Below are positions 9,586 to 17,693 of a stretch of DNA of 40,000 nucleotides, in pieces (position 1 is the first letter of the stretch; the number at the start of each line of letters is the position of its first letter). The translations under genes and the position numbers were made by a program. This DNA is from Geodermatophilus sabuli (GTDB taxonomy: Bacteria > Actinomycetota > Actinomycetes > Mycobacteriales > Geodermatophilaceae). The stretch spans positions 239,305 to 279,304 of the forward strand of contig NZ_OBDO01000003.1 in NCBI RefSeq assembly GCF_900215145.1, in the 5' to 3' direction. A model generated the notes under the pieces. That model worked only from the letters and a program-made list of their open reading frames with translations, made no database searches and was not told the origin of the DNA.

Positions 9586-9630
9586 GAACATTCCATCGAT
9601 GGGGTAACTAGTCAACAAGCAACTCTTGTG
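9586..9630 (-). promoter_or_regulatory. shared promoter/operator module, copy A (core CTAGTCAACAAGCAACTCTTGTG)
   Basis: About 34/45 nt are identical to 13161-13205, with an 11/11 core CTAGTCAACAA. On the minus strand it reads TTGACT (-35-like), a 17-nt spacer, then AATGTT. It lies 75-120 nt upstream of the FprB-like start. It contains the inverted repeat ACAAG-n5-CTTGT. Confidence 0.45.
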
Positions 9631-9715
9631 CCGACGGCACTCCGACGGGCAGGCTGTCGCCGACGAGACCGGGCTACGCGGGTCACGCGACCGCTGGCGA
9701 ACGGTGGAGTCGGGC

Positions 9716-9870
9716 ATGGGTTTCCGTTTCGAGCGAGATGTCATGGTCTCGATGCGCGACGGGTCACCCTTGCCACGGATGTGTGGATCGCGGACGGCGA
9801 TCCGGCGGCGCCCTCGACCACCAGGCGGTGTTCTACGCGCCGGGAGCCGTGGTGTCCTGACCACCCACGA
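9716..9870 (+). pseudogene. N-terminal remnant of a CocE/NonD (S15 X-Pro dipeptidyl-peptidase-like) hydrolase
   Basis: An ATG at 9716 is preceded by a GGTGGAG SD. The translation MGFRFERDVMVSMRDG continues after a 1-nt shift as VTLATDVWIADGDPAAP, which is the canonical CocE/NonD N-terminal strand. Similarity is lost after about 35 codons, and the next gene starts at 9888. Confidence 0.3.
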
Positions 9871-9887
9871 CATCGGAGGAAAGTCCC

Positions 9888-10868
9888 GTGCGCGCAGCAG
9901 TCATCACTGCCCTGACCGGCCCGGACGCTGTCGAGGTCCGCGACGTCCCCGACCCCGTGGCGGAGCAGGGTCAGGTGTTGGTCGACGTGGAGTTCGCGGG
10001 CGTCGTCTTCCCTGACGTGCTGCAGACCCGCGGGGAGTACCAGCTGCGTCCCGAGGTGCCCTTCAGCCCGGGGTGGGAGGTCGCAGGAGTGGTGCGCGAG
10101 GACGCCGGCGGGTTCAAGGCCGGGGACCGCGTTGCGGCCATGCCGGTCATCGGCGGCTTCGCCGAAACCGTCGCGATCGATGCGGACATGGTCTTCCCGC
10201 TGCCCGACGGCGTCCCGTTCGACAAGGGTGCGGCCGTGCCCCTGAACTACCTGACCATGCATTTCGCGCTCCTGCACCGCGCACAGTTGAGGGCAGGTGA
10301 GACCGTTCTGGTGCACGGCGCCGCAGGTGGGGTCGGTACCGCCGCCTGTCAGCTGGCCGCCGCGTACGGCGCACGGGTGATCGCGGTGGTGTCCTCCCCG
10401 GAGAAGGGCGAGGTCGCCCGAGCCGCGGGAGCGCACGAGGTCGTGCCGGTCGAGGGCTTCCGCGACGAGGTCCGCCGGCTCACCGACGGCCGGGGTGTGG
10501 ACGTCGTCGTGGACCCCGTCGGCGGTGACAGGTTCACCGACTCTCTGCGCTCTCTTGCCCGCGACGGCCGGCTCGTGGTCCTCGGCTTCACCGGCCGCGA
10601 CATCCCCACGGTCAAGGTCAATCGGCTGCTGCTGACCAACACCACGGTGATGGGAGCGGCCTCCATGGAGTTCTGGCGGACCGAGCCGGGATATGTCGGC
10701 CAGCAGTGGCGCGACCTCATGCCTCTGATGGAGTCCGGCGCGATAGACCCACCGATCGGTTCGGTGTTCGCTCTGGACCAGGCTGCAGCAGCGATCGAGG
10801 AGATCGACCAGCGCCGAGCGGCAGGAAGGGTTCTTCTCCGCGTCCGCGAGGGGACGGCGTCCCGATGA
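9888..10868 (+). CDS. NADPH:quinone oxidoreductase / zeta-crystallin-type MDR
   Basis: The 326-aa ORF uses a GTG start with a GGAGGA SD. It shows the MDR pattern (..GEVLVDVEFAGV.., ..VLVHGAAGGVGTAA..) and lacks zinc ligands. Confidence 0.85.
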   Translation: MRAAVITALTGPDAVEVRDVPDPVAEQGQVLVDVEFAGVVFPDVLQTRGEYQLRPEVPFSPGWEVAGVVREDAGGFKAGDRVAAMPVIGGFAETVAIDADMVFPLPDGVPFDKGAAVPLNYLTMHFALLHRAQLRAGETVLVHGAAGGVGTAACQLAAAYGARVIAVVSSPEKGEVARAAGAHEVVPVEGFRDEVRRLTDGRGVDVVVDPVGGDRFTDSLRSLARDGRLVVLGFTGRDIPTVKVNRLLLTNTTVMGAASMEFWRTEPGYVGQQWRDLMPLMESGAIDPPIGSVFALDQAAAAIEEIDQRRAAGRVLLRVREGTASR

Positions 10869-10976
10869 GCGCCTTGCCGACCGGGAACGTCCGGGAGCCG
10901 ACGCGCTTGCGGCACGGGCAGGCGTCGTCCTCACCATGCGGTGGGCGCGGCGTCGTCCGGCGCCGGTGCCGGTGGC

Positions 10977-11423
10977 TCAGGCACCTGGACGGCGGCTCAC
11001 CATCAACCCGATCTCCCCTGCCTGAACCTCCTCGCGCTGGTTGAGCAGCGTGAATCGACGTCGGAGGATCCCCGCATCTTCCTTGCTGGTCAGCCGGGTG
11101 GCCAGGATCTCCCCCCGGCACCGCACCGTGTCGCCTACCCACAGCGGGCGCCGGAACTGCCAGCCGTCGATACCCAGCAGGGCGATCGAGCAGGATTCGA
11201 ACACACCGAGCCGGGAGGCCAGCCCCATGGCCACGGGCAGCCCGAGGAGTCCGTGCGCGATTCGGTCACCGAACCGTCCGTGTTCTGCCGACTGCGCGTC
11301 CGTGTGCACCGGATTGGTGTCCCAGCTCCAGCCGGCGAACGACACGATGTCCGACTCGGTGATGGTGCGCCCCTGGCTCAGGAACACCTGACCGGGCTGG
11401 AAGTCCTCGAAGTAGTAGGCCAC
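10977..11423 (-). CDS. MaoC-like (R)-hydratase, hot-dog fold
   Basis: A GTG at 11423 is preceded by a GGAGGAG SD. The 148-aa product reads ..FEDFQPGQVF..TITESDIVSFAGWSWDTNPVHTD...IAHGLL.. The upstream part of the 278-aa track ORF looks non-coding. Confidence 0.8.
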   Translation of the reverse strand: MAYYFEDFQPGQVFLSQGRTITESDIVSFAGWSWDTNPVHTDAQSAEHGRFGDRIAHGLLGLPVAMGLASRLGVFESCSIALLGIDGWQFRRPLWVGDTVRCRGEILATRLTSKEDAGILRRRFTLLNQREEVQAGEIGLMVSRRPGA

Positions 11424-11816
11424 CGTGGCTCTCCTCCGTGAGTCGGCGGGTGCAGAACCGGCTGTCGGTGTGCAGTGAAGTCGACGGTGGACCACGGCAC
11501 CCTGGGAACGGTTGGTGGAGTCACACTGCACCCAGAGCTCGAGCCGCGGCGACCAGGTCGGCGTTTCCGGGCGCGGGACTGCCGTCCGGGTGCAGGAGGG
11601 TGTCCTCCATGTCGATCCGGGACTCCAGCTTCCGCTGCACGGCGTACCCGGAGCACCGGCCTTGCGCCGTCGTCCATGCCGTGCAGCAGAACGGGCGCCG
11701 GGTCGGGGGTCCGGCCGTCCCGGCGGACGCTGACGGCAGCAAGCAGTTTCTCGGGCGGCTGCGACGGCATCGCCCCCTGGCTCGTCCCAGGGGCCGAGCC
11801 GATGAGCCCTCACGTC

Positions 11817-13013
11817 CTAGCGGATCGCCTCGTAGAGCGCGTCCATGGCCGCCAGGTCGAACTCCAGGCCGAGGTAGGACCGCACGAAGGCGAACGACAG
11901 CCCGCGGTCCGGGTCTGCCCAGCCGTACTGGCCTCCCTGGCCAGGATGCCCGAACCCGGAGTCCGCCAGGCCGAAGCGCATTCCCATCGCGCCCGAGAGC
12001 TGGAATCCCAGCGCCCAGCGCGTCGGCATTCCCCAGATCTCGTCGGGTCCGTCGAACTGCACACTCCCGGCCTTCTGCACCGCCTCCTGCGACAACAAGC
12101 GGACGCCGTCGAGCTCGCCGCCTTGCGCCAGGAGCTGGTACATGCGCGCCAGGTCACGGGCGGTGGAGATGCCGTCGGTTCCGGAGAGGGGGACGGTGAT
12201 GCCCGGCCCGTCGTTCATGAACCGCTCTAGCTCGAGCACGACATTGGAGGTCCCGTCGGCCAGCACGGACTGGCCCAGCGGAGTGTCCGGCGAGGTGAAA
12301 GCCTGCTCGAACGCGAACCGATCGGGCTGCTGCTCGGTCGCCCTCGGAGGACTGATGACGTGAGCTCGGCGCTCGCCGAGCGAGCTCCCCTCTTCGGCGC
12401 CGATGCTGATGTCGATGCCCAGCGGTGTGGTGATCTCATCGCGGATCACGTCCCGCACCGACTTCCCCGTGATCCGTCGGATCAGCTCGTCCATCATCCA
12501 GCCGTAGGTGAGGGCGTGGTAGGTGGCCTTGGTACCTGGCTCCCAGAGCGGGGTGGCACCCGCGATCCGGCGTACGATCTCGTCCTCCTGGTCCCAGCCT
12601 GTTCCGTCCGGGCGCATGAAGTCCACATAGCCGGGGACCGTGATCACCCCCGAGGTGTGTGCGAAGACGTGCCGGACGAGGACGGCGGTCTTCCCGGCAG
12701 CGGCGAACTCCGGCCAGTACGTCGCGACGGGCTCATCGAGGTCGAGCAGTCCACGGTCGACCAGGATGTGCCCCGCCAGGGCGGCTATCCCCTTGGTGGC
12801 CGACATGATGACGGCCGGGGTGTCCTCCTGCCACGGCCGCCCCGGTGCGGCCTCGCCCAGCCAGAGGTCGACCACGAGCTGCCCGTCCTTGTAGGCGGCG
12901 AAGGCTGCTCCACCTGGTTGAGCGGCGGCGGCGGCGAAGGCGTCGCGGACCGCTTCGAATCCCGCCTCCACGAAGCCGCCGATCGAGGAGGACTCCACCG
13001 TTCCCGTGCCCAT
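11817..13013 (-). CDS. serine hydrolase (class C beta-lactamase/esterase family)
   Basis: An SATK (SxxK) nucleophile motif lies near the N-terminus within a beta-lactamase-fold-length protein. I prefer the start at 13013 (MGTGTVESS) over 13166, because the putative promoter (copy B) overlaps the longer ORF. Confidence 0.8.
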   Translation of the reverse strand: MGTGTVESSSIGGFVEAGFEAVRDAFAAAAAQPGGAAFAAYKDGQLVVDLWLGEAAPGRPWQEDTPAVIMSATKGIAALAGHILVDRGLLDLDEPVATYWPEFAAAGKTAVLVRHVFAHTSGVITVPGYVDFMRPDGTGWDQEDEIVRRIAGATPLWEPGTKATYHALTYGWMMDELIRRITGKSVRDVIRDEITTPLGIDISIGAEEGSSLGERRAHVISPPRATEQQPDRFAFEQAFTSPDTPLGQSVLADGTSNVVLELERFMNDGPGITVPLSGTDGISTARDLARMYQLLAQGGELDGVRLLSQEAVQKAGSVQFDGPDEIWGMPTRWALGFQLSGAMGMRFGLADSGFGHPGQGGQYGWADPDRGLSFAFVRSYLGLEFDLAAMDALYEAIR

Positions 13014-13160
13014 GTCAACCACCTGACGTTTCGCGCCGCAGCCCGGTGCTGCCGGCTCGCTGCCCTCGTCGTGTGCTGTGCGTCGCACCACTGACGGCAG
13101 CGCGATCCAGGGGGTCAGGGGCACCACGACCTCGTTCCCCCCGTCGATCAGGGGCGCCAA

Positions 13161-13205
13161 GACCATCCCATCGGGATGCTAGCTAGTCAACAAACAATTC
13201 CTGTG
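13161..13205 (-). promoter_or_regulatory. shared promoter/operator module, copy B (core CTAGTCAACAAACAATTCCTGTG)
   Basis: This is the second copy of the 9586-9630 module, in the same orientation relative to a downstream minus-strand gene. It reads TTGACT, a 17-nt spacer, then GATGGT. It sits between the F420/NADP-reductase-like stop (13216) and the serine hydrolase. Confidence 0.45.
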
Positions 13206-13215
13206 GAACATCGGG

Positions 13216-13962
13216 TCACCTGTAGAGCAACCGGCTGAGCCGGACCAGGAAGTCCGGGCTCAATTCGGCCGTGGGGTCGCCCATCAGCTCGTGGATGACG
13301 GTCATCACCAGGTCCCTTCGCTTGGGCGACCGTGTCGCATCTGCTGCCGCCAGGGCGCCGGGCAGCTCCTGCTGGGTGAGGTCGGTGACGTAGCAGGGCG
13401 CGCCGGGCTCCTGCCGCCACGACTCGGCCAGGGTCCCGGCGTCAACTGCGTCGAGACCGGTGTCCTCGACCAGGGACATGCCCAGAGCACGGTCCGTGCC
13501 CTCGTCGGCCGCGACGGGGATGGCGATGCGGTCCGGACTGCCGGCAGGTGTGTTGTGAGCGGCGAACGAACCGGAGGTGATGGTGTTCCACGCCTTGACG
13601 ACCGGGCGGCCGAGCTGCTTGGCGACCCACAGGCTCTCGGCCTGACCGTCGTCGAGCGCTGCGATCCTGCCGTTCCACTGGGGATAGTAGTTCGACGTGT
13701 CGAGGACGATCGCGCCGCCCGGCAGGTCGTCGACCAGCGGCTTGACAGCCGGGATGCGGTGGAGCGGGACGGCGACGATCAGGGCGTCGACGTCGGTGAC
13801 GACGTCTCGGGCGTGGACCGCCCGCCCGCCCGAGGACAGCACGTCGGCCGGGATGGTCTCCGGACCGCGGGAGTTCGCCGCCTTCACGTCGTGCCCTGCC
13901 GCGCTGAGTCGTCGGGTCAGGATGGCGCCGATGTTGCCGACGCCGAGGATGCCGATCTGCAT
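13216..13962 (-). CDS. NADP oxidoreductase, coenzyme F420-dependent-like (NAD(P)-binding Rossmann protein)
   Basis: The 248-aa ORF begins MQIGILGVGNIGAILTRRL (a Rossmann motif). An AGGAGGA SD precedes the ATG. Confidence 0.7.
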   Translation of the reverse strand: MQIGILGVGNIGAILTRRLSAAGHDVKAANSRGPETIPADVLSSGGRAVHARDVVTDVDALIVAVPLHRIPAVKPLVDDLPGGAIVLDTSNYYPQWNGRIAALDDGQAESLWVAKQLGRPVVKAWNTITSGSFAAHNTPAGSPDRIAIPVAADEGTDRALGMSLVEDTGLDAVDAGTLAESWRQEPGAPCYVTDLTQQELPGALAAADATRSPKRRDLVMTVIHELMGDPTAELSPDFLVRLSRLLYR

Positions 13963-13990
13963 GCTGTCTTTCCTCCTGATCGTGTGATCT

Positions 13991-14012
13991 GGTCCCGTCG
14001 CGCGACGGAACC
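13991..14012 (-). terminator. GC-rich palindrome downstream of the DHA2 MFS gene (possible intrinsic terminator or operator)
   Basis: The sequence GGTCCCGTCGCGCGACGGAACC contains CCGTCG/CGACGG arms. It lies 60-80 nt after the 14073 stop. There is no U-tract. Confidence 0.3.
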
Positions 14013-14072
14013 TGCCCGGCTACCGCGCTGCCGGAGTCCGGGGGCCGACGTCGTCTGGGCGGATCCCCACGC

Positions 14073-15560
14073 TCACGGGCGCGGAGCAGCCGTCTGAGCA
14101 CCACCCGATGCCTTGCGCACGAACAAGGTGCCGAGAACGGCGCCGACGGCGATGACCCCGGCGGCCGTGAAGGCGGCCTGCCCTGCCGAGACTGACTGAG
14201 CCATGCTGAGCGCGCCCGCGTCCGAGGCGTCGGATCCGATGGTGTACGCCGAGATGAGCACCGCCCCACCGGCGGCGCCGGCCAGTTGCTGAACGGTGGT
14301 GAAGGCCGCGGTTCCGTGCGGATAGAGGTCGGCGCGCAGGGACGCGAAGGCGGTCGTCGTCATCGGGGCCCACATCAGGGCCTGCGAGGCCGACATGACG
14401 AGGTAGGCCACCAAGATCGTGACCACGCCCGTGCCTTCGTCGACCGTGCTGAGGAACCAGAGGGACGCCGTCCAGACGATCGCGCCGGGGATCGCCAGGG
14501 GCCGCGGGCCGAAGCGGTCGTACACCCGGCCGCCCAGGGCGGAGACGATCGAGATCACCGCACCGCCGGGCACCAGGAACAGGCCGAGCGCGAAGGTGCT
14601 CAGTCCGACGACGTTCGCCAGGACCAGGGGTAGCACGATCAGCGTGCCGAAGCCGTTCATCGCGACGATGACCATCACCAGCAGCGGCACCGTGAACGAC
14701 CTGGTGCGGAAGATCCTCATGTCGAGGAACGCGTTGTCGGAACGCTGCAGAGCGATCTGGCGGTAGACGAACACCCCGAGCCCGGCCAGCCCCACCGCGA
14801 TCGGGAGGTAGGGCGGGATCGGCGCGTGCCCCGACACCGACTCACCGATCGAGGCCAGCCCGTAGACCAGCGCGCCGAACCCGACGGCGGACAGCACCAG
14901 CGACAGCACGTCGAGCGTCACCGGCTCCGGCGTGGTGATGTTGCGGAGCTTTCCCGCGCCCAGCACCAGGGCGGCCGCGGCGATCGGCAGCATGAGGAGG
15001 AACAGCCAGCGCCAGGACAGCGCGGAGAGCACGACTCCGGACAGCGCGGGGCCGACCGCCGGCGCCACGGCCGGCACCGCCGTGACCACGGCCATCATCT
15101 GTCCACGTCGGGCGGCGGGGATCAGGCGCATGGCCGTGGTCATCAGCAGCGGCATGAAGACGGCAGTCCCGGCGGCCTGGACGATGCGGCCGGCGAACAG
15201 GACGCCGAAGCCCGGCGCGAGGGCGGCGATCGCCGTCCCGACGAGGAACAGTGACATCGCGCCCAGGAAGATCGTGCGCAGGTGGAACCGCCGCATCACG
15301 AACCCGGTGGCCGGGATCAGCACCGCCAACGTCAGCAGGTAGCCGGTCGTCAGCCACTGCCCGGTGGTCGGGGTGATGCCGAGGTCGACGATCAGCGTGG
15401 GGAGCGCGACCCCCAGCAGCATCTCGTTCAGCAGGACGATGAACGCCGAGACCATCAGCAACCCGATGACCAGGGCGCTGCCTGGCGCCAGCCGGTCACT
15501 GGGGAGGGTCTGAGATTCGGGCGCTGCGACGTCCGGGGCCAGGGTGTCCTGGATGGTCAT
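14073..15560 (-). CDS. MFS transporter, DHA2 (EmrB/QacA-type, 14-TMS) family
   Basis: The 495-aa ORF has about 14 hydrophobic segments. It shows ..LNEMLLGVALPTLIVDL.. and the motif A-like region characteristic of DHA2 exporters. Confidence 0.85.
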   Translation of the reverse strand: MTIQDTLAPDVAAPESQTLPSDRLAPGSALVIGLLMVSAFIVLLNEMLLGVALPTLIVDLGITPTTGQWLTTGYLLTLAVLIPATGFVMRRFHLRTIFLGAMSLFLVGTAIAALAPGFGVLFAGRIVQAAGTAVFMPLLMTTAMRLIPAARRGQMMAVVTAVPAVAPAVGPALSGVVLSALSWRWLFLLMLPIAAAALVLGAGKLRNITTPEPVTLDVLSLVLSAVGFGALVYGLASIGESVSGHAPIPPYLPIAVGLAGLGVFVYRQIALQRSDNAFLDMRIFRTRSFTVPLLVMVIVAMNGFGTLIVLPLVLANVVGLSTFALGLFLVPGGAVISIVSALGGRVYDRFGPRPLAIPGAIVWTASLWFLSTVDEGTGVVTILVAYLVMSASQALMWAPMTTTAFASLRADLYPHGTAAFTTVQQLAGAAGGAVLISAYTIGSDASDAGALSMAQSVSAGQAAFTAAGVIAVGAVLGTLFVRKASGGAQTAAPRP

Positions 15561-15602
15561 GTGAATGCTCTCTGTGTGAGGGGATGAGTCGGGTGGGAGG
15601 GG

Positions 15603-16949
15603 TCAGTTCGACGTGCGCGCCGCCCCGGCGAGGCGCGGGTCGAGTCCGTACTGGGCGGGCGCGCCGAGATGGCCGCGCAGGGTGGCTTCCTCGTAGTCGC
15701 GGTGGAACAGGCCGCGCTCCTGCAGCAGCGGGACCACCTGGTCCACGAAGGCGTCGATGCCGTCGGAGTAGACGTCGATGGCCAGGGAGAAGCCGTCGCA
15801 GGCACCGGCTTGGAACCACTCCTGCATGTGGTCGGCGACGTCGGCGGCCGTGCCGGGCACGACCGGGTGGTAGTCGATGACCCCGTGGGCCAGCACGTCC
15901 CGCAGCGACCAGCCCTCCCGGGCCACCTCCAGCGCACGAGCTGACCGAGGGTCCGCAGGGCTGGGGCGGACGGCGGCGAGCTCCCGAGCGTTGAGTGGCT
16001 CGTCCAGCCGGCCGGGGGCCAGGTGCAGGCCGAGCATCGCGCCGAGGTAGGTCACCCGCTGATCCAGGTCGACCGACTCGTCCAGCCGGCGTCGCCGGTC
16101 CAGGGCGGCCCGCCGGGTCGGCGCGATGCTGGGCATGAACCCGGCGAACAGCTTCACCTCGTCGGGGTCCCGGCCGACGCGCTCAGCGGCCGCCCGCAAC
16201 GCCGTCCGGTGCGCCCGGCCCTCCTCGATGGTAAAGGGATTGGCGTACACGCCGCTGGCGTAGCGCGCGGCCAGCTCCAGCCCGTTCGCCCCGCCGCCGG
16301 CCTGGAAGACGACCGGTTGCCCCTGCTCGGACGGCGGGATCGCCAAGGGCCCCCGCGAGGCGACGTGCCGACCCTGCAGGTCGATCGGGCGGATCTTGCT
16401 CATGTCGGCAAACCGCTTGCCGGCGACGTCGCGGACCCAGGCGTCGCGCTCCCAGCTGCCCCACAGGGCCTGGACCACCTGGACGACCTCGTGGGCGCGC
16501 TCGTACTTCTCCGCCCGGGCGGGCAGTGTCATGCCGTAGTTCGCCGCTGCGGCCCGGTGGGAGGTCGGGACGGCGTTCCAGCCGGCCCGGCCGTGACTGA
16601 CCACGTCCAGGGCCTTGAACTGGCGGGCGATCGTGAAGGGCTCGTTCAACGTCGTGGAGCTGGTGGCCACCAGCCCGATCCGCTCGGTGCCCCGCGCCAT
16701 CGACGTCAGGACAACCAGCGGGTCGATGGCGTGGTGCGGAGCCTCGCGCTCGAGGTCGACGTCGAGCGCGGGGGTGTCGGCCAGGAATACCAGCTGGATC
16801 TTCCCCCGCTCCGCGGCCTGCGCGTACCGCACGAACTGGTCCATGTCGGTGTAGCTGGACGGGTCGACACCAGGCATGCGCCAGGCTCCGGGCTGGGCCC
16901 CGTAGCCGTTGGCGATCTGGATGGCCAGGAGCATCTGCGGGCTGGTCAC
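15603..16949 (-). CDS. LLM-class flavin-dependent monooxygenase (NtaA/SnaA/DszA family)
   Basis: The 448-aa ORF uses a GTG start. Its N-terminus (..ANGYGAQPGAWRMPG.., ..IQLVFLADTPAL..) is typical of the DszA/NtaA group. Confidence 0.85.
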   Translation of the reverse strand: MTSPQMLLAIQIANGYGAQPGAWRMPGVDPSSYTDMDQFVRYAQAAERGKIQLVFLADTPALDVDLEREAPHHAIDPLVVLTSMARGTERIGLVATSSTTLNEPFTIARQFKALDVVSHGRAGWNAVPTSHRAAAANYGMTLPARAEKYERAHEVVQVVQALWGSWERDAWVRDVAGKRFADMSKIRPIDLQGRHVASRGPLAIPPSEQGQPVVFQAGGGANGLELAARYASGVYANPFTIEEGRAHRTALRAAAERVGRDPDEVKLFAGFMPSIAPTRRAALDRRRRLDESVDLDQRVTYLGAMLGLHLAPGRLDEPLNARELAAVRPSPADPRSARALEVAREGWSLRDVLAHGVIDYHPVVPGTAADVADHMQEWFQAGACDGFSLAIDVYSDGIDAFVDQVVPLLQERGLFHRDYEEATLRGHLGAPAQYGLDPRLAGAARTSN

Positions 16950-17035
16950 GACATGTCCTTCGACTGGTGGGCGATCCGGACGCCACTCCCCCGGGCTGCC
17001 AGGGACAGGACGGCGGTAGCCAGGTGGCTAGATAA

Positions 17036-17083
17036 GGAGATAGTCTCCGTTTTGGCACCACCAACATACGGAGACGGTCTCCG
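17036..17083. promoter_or_regulatory. two copies of a 15-bp palindromic operator (NGGAGAYRGTCTCCG) in the LLM/TetR divergent region
   Basis: Site 1 is AGGAGATAGTCTCCG (17035-17049). Site 2 is the perfect palindrome CGGAGACGGTCTCCG (17069-17083). They share 12/15 positions and their centres are about 34 bp apart. They lie between the divergent starts at 16949 and 17109. Confidence 0.5.
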
Positions 17084-17108
17084 GATTGTCAACGAGGGGA
17101 GGTCGGAC

Positions 17109-17693
17109 GTGTCTGATACGACAGGCGCTCGCGCGCGCAGGCCACGGACGGACGCGCAACGGAACCGAACGCACATCCTCGACGTCGCCGAGCAGTACTT
17201 CTCCGAGCACGGGATCACCGGGTCGCTGGACGCCATCGCCAAACAGGCCGGCATAGGTCCGGGCACCCTCTACCGGCACTTCCCGAACCGGGAGGCGTTG
17301 CTCGCCGCGCTGCTCAAGGCGCGAGAGGACGAGCTGGTGTCCCGTCACGACGCCATTCGGCGGGAGGTGCGCGACTCCACCGAGGCTCTGGCCCAGTGGC
17401 TGGAGGCGCTGGGTCGGTGGTCCACTGCCTTCGAGGGACTGCCCGAGCCCCTGAGGATGGCGCTGACCGAGGACACATCGCCGCTGGCCCTGACGTGTCA
17501 GGGGTACATCACCATCACCGACGAGTTCCTCACCGCCGCTCAACGTGACGGCGGCGCCCGCCCCGAAGTGCGCGGCAGGGACCTGTTCCTGAGCGTGCTC
17601 GCCACGAGCTGGGTGCGCAGTGCCGCCATGGCCGACGAGTCCTCGCCACTGGCACTCAACGCCCTCATGCGGACCGGTTGGGCAATCCCGTAG
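17109..17693 (+). CDS. TetR/AcrR family transcriptional regulator
   Basis: A GTG at 17109 is preceded by a GAGGGGAGG SD. The 194-aa product carries the HTH ..RTHILDVAEQYFSEHGITGSLDAIAKQAGIGPGTLYRHFPNREAL.. Only the 3' third of the 16023..17693 track ORF is real. Confidence 0.85.
   Translation: MSDTTGARARRPRTDAQRNRTHILDVAEQYFSEHGITGSLDAIAKQAGIGPGTLYRHFPNREALLAALLKAREDELVSRHDAIRREVRDSTEALAQWLEALGRWSTAFEGLPEPLRMALTEDTSPLALTCQGYITITDEFLTAAQRDGGARPEVRGRDLFLSVLATSWVRSAAMADESSPLALNALMRTGWAIP

Noticed and set aside
9616-9630. ACAAG-n5-CTTGT in motif copy A as a KstR2-type (AnCAAGnnCTTGnT) steroid-regulon operator
   Set aside because: The spacer is 5 nt instead of 2. Copy B does not preserve the palindrome, and no steroid-catabolic core genes are present.
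9741-10937. 398-aa minus-strand ORF antisense to the quinone reductase
   Set aside because: This is an antisense shadow ORF. The plus-strand gene has clear MDR motifs and an SD.
16023-17108. 5' two-thirds of the 556-aa ORF 16023..17693
   Set aside because: It is antisense to the LLM monooxygenase and crosses the divergent promoter region. The real gene is the TetR starting at GTG 17109.
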